Made by a program: the position numbers and the translations under genes
DNA from: the human T2T-CHM13v2.0 reference genome, Homo sapiens
Strand: one strand, 5' to 3'
Assembly (NCBI RefSeq): GCF_009914755.1
Contig: NC_060930.1
DNA length: 64,000 bases
Notes under the pieces: model-generated
The model's input: only the letters and a program-made list of their open reading frames with translations
Told to the model about the DNA's origin: nothing
Databases searched by the model: none
In this document: positions 55,570-64,000 of the stretch, in pieces
Layout: each line of letters opens with the position of its first letter
How positions within the stretch are numbered: position 1 is the stretch's first letter

Positions 55570-55990
55570 AATAATGAAGAATAATATCAGGAGAAAAAAA
55601 CAAAATTAGGAGCCAATATTATTTGTGAATGAGATGCAGCAGAAAAAACGACAGCAAATTAATCCACCAGATTAATCTCTTATGGCCATAATAATTTATT
55701 CCAATAATTCAACGATGGTTCATAATAAACATATTTATATATTTCATTACTTTAACTTTTTAAATGAAAATTACTTAAATGATTATATTGAAGATACCAA
55801 AATACTAAATTCAGCACTATTTCTTATTGAAAAACAACCTTCTGTGAGCTAGATATATGATGAAAATATTTTTATATAAAATGCAGGTACCTGACACTAT
55901 CAGCAACATCATTTCTTATTCAGCAATTTTGAAATTCAAAGGCACAGAAAAGAGTATTATAAATTGCAAGAGTATGGCAAGCTACATTTG
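55570..55990 (+). mobile_element. Very old L1 RT-region fragment in sense orientation
   Basis: TTTATTCCAATAATTCAACGATGGTTCATAAT resembles GFIPGMQGWFN coding sequence. Confidence 0.4.
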
Positions 55991-56536
55991 TATATACTTT
56001 TAGATTCACTATCTTTGAATATTTTACTACTTTTGTTTCATCTTTCTTTTTTCCTTTCAACTATTTGAGAGATATTTGACAGACGGGATACTAACTTATT
56101 CCTAAACACTTTATTACATGTTGCTTAAGTGATAGCATTCTCCTGCATAGCCTTAATACAATGGTTATGCTCAGAAAATTTAGCAGTAAAAACACTATCT
56201 ACAATAGACCCCATATTTAAATATTCTCATTTATCTCAATGGACTTTTTCCCAGTCTTTGATTGTACGTTGTATTTAACTGATGTGCTGCGCTAGTGTCC
56301 ATCATAATAGAGCATTTTCCCCGTTGATGTTGTTGTCAATGACATTGAGTTTTTAGCAAAAATCAGATAAGTTCTAGGACTTATCTCTTAATCTGAATTT
56401 GTCTGGCTAGTTTCAGGTTAAAATTTTTGGCAGGAATTCTACTTAGATTATGTCTGTTGCATTGTCATGTTCAGGGTTTCACACTTGGAGACTTCAGAAT
56501 ATCACTGTGTTTCATTTTGTTAATATGTTTGGTCAT

Positions 56537-57230
56537 TGTATTAGTTTTCTATTGCTGTGCAACAAATTATCAAAATATTAGTACCTTAAAACAATACAAA
56601 TTTGTCTCACAATTTCTGAGAATCTGAAGTCTGACACATTTTAACTGGGCTCTCTGCTCAGGATCTCACATGGCTGAAATCAAAGCATCTGTCTGATGCA
56701 TCTGGAGGCTTGGACTAGGGAAAAGTCAGCTTCCTCTTTCAACTTGGCAGAATCATCTTCTTGCAGCTGTATTACCACAGTCCCCATTTGCTTGCTAACT
56801 CTTGGCCAGATCACCGTCAGCTTCTAGATACTGCCCATAATTCCTTGCCACGTGGCTTCCATGGGCAATGCAGATGGATAGCTGCTGCTTCTCTCTCAGG
56901 CAAGCAGGAGCAAGTTTCTCTGTTTCCTCCCTCACCAAAAAGCCAGAGAAAACACTGTACTTTGAAAATCCTCACTTGATTAAGACAGGACAAATCAGGA
57001 TAATTTCCTTTTTGCTATATAACATAACATAGTCATGGGAGTGATGTTTCATTATATTCACAGGTACTACTCACATGCAATGGGATGTTACTTTACAAGT
57101 GGGAAGTTACTTTACAGACCTTTTATGCCAGAAAGTGACAACAATCAGATTTTACATTGTTTAAAAAAAGTGTGAGGGCAGGGGTGGGGGGCAGGTAGGG
57201 GTTGGGGGTTGGGGATGACTTAGAATTACT
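56537..57230 (-). mobile_element. MLT1E-like LTR
   Basis: TGTATTAGTTTTCTATTGCTG...CTGCTCAGGATCTCACATGGCTGAAATCAA...CAGGATAATTTCC...CATTATATTCACAGGT. Confidence 0.8.
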
Positions 57231-57388
57231 TGGTCTTTGAAGGTCTTAAGGATTTACATAAAGCATTATTTCACCTTTGTCTTTTGTATGGGTAGTTATT
57301 TGATACATTCTGTTTCTTCCAAGGAAATTGATTCCTTTAAGTGCTCAATCAGTTCTCCTGGGGTCAAGTATAATTGAAAAATATTTTA

Positions 57389-57787
<399 letters not shown>

Positions 57788-57789
57788 CT

Positions 57790-59700
57790 AAAATTTTGCA
57801 AAATATCCTTTATAATTCTATTGTTGCTTTGTTTTAATAACCTCCCTTTGTCATTTCTGATTTTGTATATGTATGTTCTGTATTTTTTAAATTATGTTAT
57901 CTAGTTACTTTGTTAAAAGTACAGCACGTTTATTCACTAATTACTCTTATATTTCTGTTTGCCTTTAACCTCTTAAATTGCTAATTTTGTCATTATAGTG
58001 TCCTTCCTGGAGTGTTAGATGACCTCTTTAGATTTTATACTGGTTTTAAGAAAAAGAATAGCAGTAATATTTTCCTGTGTGTTCTTTAAACAAAAAGTTC
58101 TCCTTGATCATATCAATTAAGTGCTGATCTGCTTTGTGTCACCTCTGTCTTTGAAACTAATACTTCACTTTTAAAATCTGCTTTTAAAAATTATATTTTA
58201 TTCTTATAATTGTATAATCTTATATTTTTATATATTGCCTTGGTGAGCATATTTGAATTGCTTGTTTCTTACTTTTTATTCTTTGAATGAACCTCAGTAT
58301 TCAAAAATGATCTTTTAATATAATAGTTTTACAAATACTTTGTCTTTATTTTCATAGACAGGTGAGAATGACTTATATTTTTCTTATTATCTTTGTCTTA
58401 TTTTAAACTAAAGAACATATTTACCTTAAGAAATTAGTTGAAGATGATGACATTTTTCTTCTTTGTTTAAAGGTATTTTCTACAACCTGATGATTTTGTT
58501 TTCTTTTTTTACAAGTTAGAAAGAAATGACCTATAAGCCAATCCTTGGATGTTCTTTAGTTTCTTGTTGCTGTTAGCACTTTTACCTATTTTGTTCACAA
58601 TTTTTACTGTCCTATTTAAGTTGTCTCATTGATATGTCAATTTTTGTCATTGTCTTTTTTTTTTTTTTTTTTGAGACTGTCTTGTTCTATTGCTCAAGCT
58701 AGAGTGTAGTGACGTGAACATAGTTCACTGCATCCTTGACCTCCCGGGCTCAAAGGACCCTCTCACCTCAGCCTCCTGAGTAGCTGGAACTATAGGCCCA
58801 TGCCACCACACTTGGCTAATATTTTTTAGAAATGATGTCTCGCTATGTTGCCTAAGCTGGTCTCCAACTCCTGGGCTCAAGCAACTCTCCCTCCTCGGCT
58901 TCCCAAACTGGTGGGATTACAGGTGTCAGCCACCTCGCCCAGCCAGTAATTGTCATTTTAAAATAAAATTACCTATTTAAACATGATTTCAGAAGTCTTC
59001 ACATATATACACATATTGTATTTATATAAATTATCTTTTTAAAAACTTCTACTAATATTATTGAAATTTGCTGATTGTTCAATTAGTACTGAAAGTAGAA
59101 AAACTAACATTATTTCTTTTAACAATTAAATTTTGTATTGATGTAGTAATTATGCTTTAACTTTTCATTATTTTCTACTTTATTCATTGGTTAACTTGTT
59201 CTTATGCTGAAAACAAAATGCAAATCTTCAATTTGTTAATTTTTTCTTATCATTTTTGATTCATAAAAAAATTTAAAGGAATAAAATACTTTACCCACAC
59301 TCAAAGTTTTTCTGTAGAGTATATGTTGGGCATTTAAAAATGTGTTAGTAATATCTGCATTTTTTTTCCTGAGCTCATTTGTGTGTGTGTGTGCACTTCC
59401 AATGCTTCTGTTTGGTTACTTAAAATTATTACTCTCTTTGCTATAATGTGACTTGAAATGTGTATCTATTATTTACATTTAAATATTAATGATTCATTTT
59501 TCCCATACCCTTTGAAACATGCATATTTTTCTTAATCTATAAATTTGATAATGTAATTTTTAATATTTATGTTATTAATTTATTAAATATTTGCTTCCTT
59601 TACTCATAAAATATGAAAGTGATGTACTCAAGTTTTCTTCTAAAACTATTTTTCCCCTTTTCCTTGAATTCTTATGTTTTCCTTAATGAATTGTATTGCT
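57790..59700 (-). mobile_element. Highly degraded L1ME-like fragments
   Basis: T-rich antisense L1 motifs (CCCTTTGTCATTTCTGATTTTG, CAATTAGTACTGAAAG). Confidence 0.4.
58655..58944 (-). mobile_element. AluJ
   Basis: CATAGTTCACTGCATCCTTGACCTCCCGGGCTCAA, TCGCTATGTTGCC, CTGGGCTCAAGCAA. Confidence 0.92.
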
Positions 59701-62604
59701 CTCTTTCTACAGATAATCTAAAATGGGCCAACTCCTGATACACAGTAAAAAGATGTATAATACTAACAACAACAGTAACAATAGTAATTTTCTTATGAGA
59801 TAATAATGATAGTCATGAGAGTTTCACCACTGACTATGTCTGTGGTGTGGTATGATATGCGAAATAAGAAAAAAAGCATGAAGCAGGAAAGGTGGCCAGA
59901 GTAGTATGATATTACTTCTGACACTAAGAGCAAGTAATAGTCTTGACATGAGTGGATTGCTTAATAATATTTTTTTTTATGGGAGTCCAACATATGGCTA
60001 AAAAGCTAAACATGTCTGCTGTTCAATTTCTATGTCAGTATCTTTTCTATCTTGCAAATTCCATCCAGGTTGAGTACAGAAAATAACAAATAAAAGAATA
60101 TAAACCACTATTAATAATATCCAGAAAATAAAATACTAAATACACATATATATTTAGAAAATAAATATACTGGGGGAGTATTTTAGTTATTTCTTTTCTA
60201 TGCATGTTCACATTCATGCTGATTTGTTGAGAACATATGATTAAACTGATTCCTTATTTTAGCATCCTTCTTTCCCCCAACCAATAATATATTTTAAAAT
60301 GTTTCCCATGTCATTAAATGGTCTTACATTACATTATATAAATGGCTCTATAATGACCCTATAGGGCAAAGGCTGACTAGGTGAATAATCCTAATTCCTC
60401 TTCCTGGCACAGAGAAAATTTCTTAGCCTAAAATATATGCCTGTCTGATTTAAAAATCCTACACATACCATTAGGATCATTTTGAGTAGTCAGAATAGCA
60501 ATGATGAATCAGTAAATGCCAAGGTCAACAATATAAACACATTGAATAAAACCCCCTCTCTGTATCATGTTGATAATTGAAGTATTCTGATTTACTGCTA
60601 TTACTTAAACAAAGAAACAGATAATATGACCTGCAAACAAGCACTTCTTTGAATGCAGGCATTTCTGGGAGGCAGGAGATTTAGAAGGGTTTAATTTGTG
60701 TTGTCACCATTGTCCTGCATCAGGAGAGTATTTGTGTTCTTTTGTTCAATTCAGAACCTCCCTACCAAGGCCTCACTGTTTTAACAATAGATAGGTACAG
60801 AAATATCAATGTGAAAAATCTCCGTATGGAATTATTGGGGTGAAAACTATTTTGCAGAAAATGAGCCAGTCAGTATACAGCTACAGTCCAGTGGATGGAA
60901 TAAAAAACAAACAAAACATCTTAAATACTCACTTTATTTTCATGAAAAACGTGAATCCTTGTGTGCAATACATTTTTTTCCTAAATATCCTTCAACTAAA
61001 AGTCAAGGAACTGGCAAGTTAGCACTTCTGTGTGCTCTAGAGAAATGACCTTTGCAACCCCTTCATTTTCTTTCCTCCTGTTTCACTCTTATTCTGTTTT
61101 CCAACTATAATTTTTTTCTTTTAGTTGGCATTCCATGCAAACCAATGTTGTTACCTTTGGTTATGATTTTATATTTTAACCTAATTTCCTCCTTGACATT
61201 TACCTTTCCATCCATGATCTGTTTTTCCCTAGCAGTGGGACCTTCTTCTCCTTCTGTGCCACATAATAATAAGATCAAAAGGGTAGATGTGGGGTGCTCA
61301 CAGCCTGATCTCTACTGCGGTTAAGTCTGCAAGGTTAGAACTATTATTATTTTACGTTTAGCTTCTTTTGAGTTGTGCCTGTGGAACGAGTAATGAATGT
61401 TTTCTGAACTCTCATATTTTCCTTCCACCTTCCCTCTCCACTTTTCTGCAGCATTAATGGCCAGAAAAACAAATATTGTTTTGACAGCAGATTCCAAATA
61501 ATACATACCGACCAGGTTTTGTATATAACAATCATTCTTGAGTTAGCCAGTTTTAAAGAACAGTTAATAGAGAAAATCACATCGATGTGAAAAATGATGT
61601 CATTAAATCTTTTGTTTTTCTGCTCTCTCCTCTTGCTGTAAGCAAACACTTATTATAAATGTCACAGAAGGAAAATGTCCTGAGAGATTCTTGTCCTTTC
61701 AGCTTGAATGTTATGGCTGTACTTCTGAGGAAGACTGTTGCAATATTTTATATTAAGATAAAAATACGAGTTTTGTTTCACCTGAAATTCTCCTGAAACC
61801 TCACGTGTTTCACCCCAAAGAAATAATTATATGCAGATAAGACAGCTATTGTTAACTCAGTTTAACAAATGTAACTTGCTCCCTTCAAAATTACCTGTTT
61901 ATACTTTAGAGTGTATATCTAGCCAAGAGATATTAAAAGTTCCAACTTCCTCTTATACTAAGTAGGCCACTGCGTGGGCAGTGATGTTAGTCAGCAGAAT
62001 CACCAATCCGTGGTGATGAGTAATACCTCTTAACATTTTCCAAACCTATGTACACACAAATTGCCTTAATATTCCCCTACACACTTTTTAGAGAAATGGG
62101 GAAAATGTGAAGTATGAAGGATATTTAGAATATGTGTTAATTCCAAACAGTTTTAAAATAATACAATGATCTACATGGAGATTTCAATCCGAACAAGTTG
62201 TAGTAGTTGAGAATTTACTTATCTCAGTGTCTGAGCAGTTTTGCATTTCAACAATAATAGCTGAGGGCTAATTTGAGATGATTGTATTGTTAATTGAGGT
62301 GGTTAGGAGGGTGTGTTTTTAATTTTTTTGTTTTTCATAGAAGCATGGACTCTTATTTTGAAATAATATGCTCAAGCATTACTTTGTTATCATTTATTTG
62401 ACAAAGTCAAGCTTGAGGTACATTTAACTATCAACTTAGCATTGAAGCCTCATGATGAGTGTTGAGACACTGTTTTAGAAGATGAGAGCTCACAATATAG
62501 TGGAAAGTGATTAAGGTAAAAGAATAAAGTGATTTCCTGTTTCTCTGAAGTACTGAAGTACTTTTCAAAATTTATTGGTTCTTTTGGACAAAATCCTATT
62601 TCTT

Positions 62605-63040
62605 GTGTGTGTGAGATGGCATTACTGGCCCAATTCTTCAACCATCCCTGTAGCCATTCCCCTGCTATGACATCATTATGGTTGGAGCATATTTCCTCCC
62701 CTTGACTTTGGAATTGATTGTGTGATTTGCTTTCATGAACAGAAAGAGTCAAAAGTGACTGCTATTTTCAAGTCAAGGATTTAAGAGGCCTTGCATGTTT
62801 CTGTTTGCCCTTTTTCACTTCTGCCATTATCATGAGAAGAATCTGTGCTAGTCAACCTGCCAGTCAAAAATAGATGACAAACATATCAGGCAGAGCCACC
62901 CAGTGTTATCTAGAGGCTTTCAGAAAGATGCATGTTAGTGCAAGCCTCTGCACGTGATCCTGGTTTAAATCAGCCGAGCTTCACAACATTGTGTATCTGT
63001 GAGGATAAATGAATATTGTATTAAACCACTAGGGTTTGAA
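62605..63040 (+). mobile_element. MLT1H-like LTR
   Basis: CCCCTTGACTTTGG...TGTGATTTGCTTT...AAGAGGCCTTGCATGTTTCTG...CATGAGAAGAA...ATAAATGAATATTG...AAACCACTAGG. Confidence 0.75.
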
Positions 63041-63043
63041 TAA

Positions 63044-63663
63044 TAGCTTTAGTGAGATTTAACTGAGTTATAATGAATAGCACATATTTAAGTTATACAA
63101 TTTGGTGAGTTTTGACATATATTTCTACTCCTAAAATCATCATCACAAAATTACCACCACAAGATAATGAACATAATTATTCCCCAAATTCCAAAGTTTT
63201 CCCACACTATTTTGTTGTCCCTGATTTCTTCAATTCATTCCTTACCCCATTCACAGAAACCACAGATCTGCTTTATGGTCACTATAGATTTGTTTGTATT
63301 TTCTGAAGTTTTATCTGAATGAAATAATATAGTAGATATTTTTTGTCTAATTTCTGTCAGTAAAATTATTTTCAAGATCATCCATGTAGGAGTATGTATC
63401 AGTAGTTTCATCGTTTTTTGTTTCTGAATAGTATTCTATTGCATGGTTGCACCACAATTGTGTTACTCATTAATCTGTTGAAAGCTCTTTGAGTTTTTTC
63501 AATTTGACATTTTTAAAAACAAAGTTCTATGAGCATCGAAGTACAACATTTTATATAAACAAATACTTTTCCTTCTCTTAAGTACATAACTGAGACATAT
63601 GGTAGATTACATTTGACTTCTTAAAAACTGCCAGACTGTTTTCCAAAGTGATCATGCAAATTT
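63044..63663 (-). mobile_element. L1ME/L1MB-type 3'UTR
   Basis: GCACATATTTAAG..ACAATTTGGTGAGTTTTGACATAT; AAAACTGCCAGACTGTTTTCCAAAGTG. Confidence 0.8.
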
Positions 63664-64000
63664 TGTTGCAGGAATTTTCTCTTGTCCCTCTGCCAGTGGG
63701 GGACCTCTGGCCAGTGATGCCAGAGGCCTCACTCGGGACATGCTACCTGCTGCAAGAGGCGCCTTGTCCAGTCGGCCCACTGGGCAGAGTCTGGCTTGTG
63801 CACTGGTTCCTGAGTTCTTGTACCATGCCCAAGAAGAATGAGGATGCACTGACAATGGAAGAGTGAGCAAGGCAGGGAATTTTATTGAGTGACGAAACAG
63901 CTTTCAGCAGAGAGGGGACATGTGGTGGTCCCCCAACCCAAAGGCAAGAAAGTTCCCTCAGTGTGGCTGAGTCCTGGGACTTTATATGGGCTCAGAATAG
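63664..64000 (-). mobile_element. ERV1 LTR (LTR27/LTR28/LTR1-related), 3' part; runs off the right edge
   Basis: TGTTGCAGG terminus; CCAAGAAGAATGAGGATGCACTGACAA; TTTATT (minus-strand AATAAA) near 63882; TTTATATGGG (minus-strand TATA-like); GC-rich. Confidence 0.75.

Noticed and set aside
58338-58367. Possible recursive splice site TTTGTCTTTATTTTCATAGACAG|GTGAGA
   Set aside because: It lies in degraded antisense L1-like sequence with a competing AG four bases upstream; no independent support.
63648-63870. Overlapping GC-rich ORFs on both strands
   Set aside because: They fall within an ERV1 LTR; higher GC content explains the lack of stops.

Overview
AT-rich, CpG-poor simian-primate (human-like) genomic DNA made up mostly of interspersed repeats. 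I find no credible protein-coding gene, RNA gene or CRISPR-like array. Most longer ORFs in the track are fragments of L1 ORF1/ORF2, the MaLR internal ORF, Alu or LTR sequence, or low-complexity AT-rich sequence. Main contents: (1) long antisense L1 blocks at 1-4114, 4530-12590, 24925-33370 and 41160-44470, plus fragments. (2) A complete THE1D/MSTA-type LTR-int-LTR element at 8590-10936. (3) Many solo MaLR, ERVL and ERV1 LTRs. (4) About 14 Alu copies, including two independent Alu-in-Alu-in-LTR nests with visible target-site duplications (TSDs). (5) MER20, Tigger3 and MER53 DNA transposon relics, L2/MIR fragments and a compound TATC microsatellite. Non-repeat islands (about 13.5-17.5, 34.4-36, 38-40, 46.4-49.7 and 60.4-62.6 kb) contain splice-like and enhancer-like motifs. 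I did not find a convincing new biological system. The best leads are a possible LTR-initiated, DUX4-responsive non-coding transcript, candidate non-coding exons near 34.5-35.2 kb, and several fold-back (template-switch) scars inside old repeats. All repeat subfamily names come from recalled consensus sequences, not a database search, and boundaries of old repeats are approximate.
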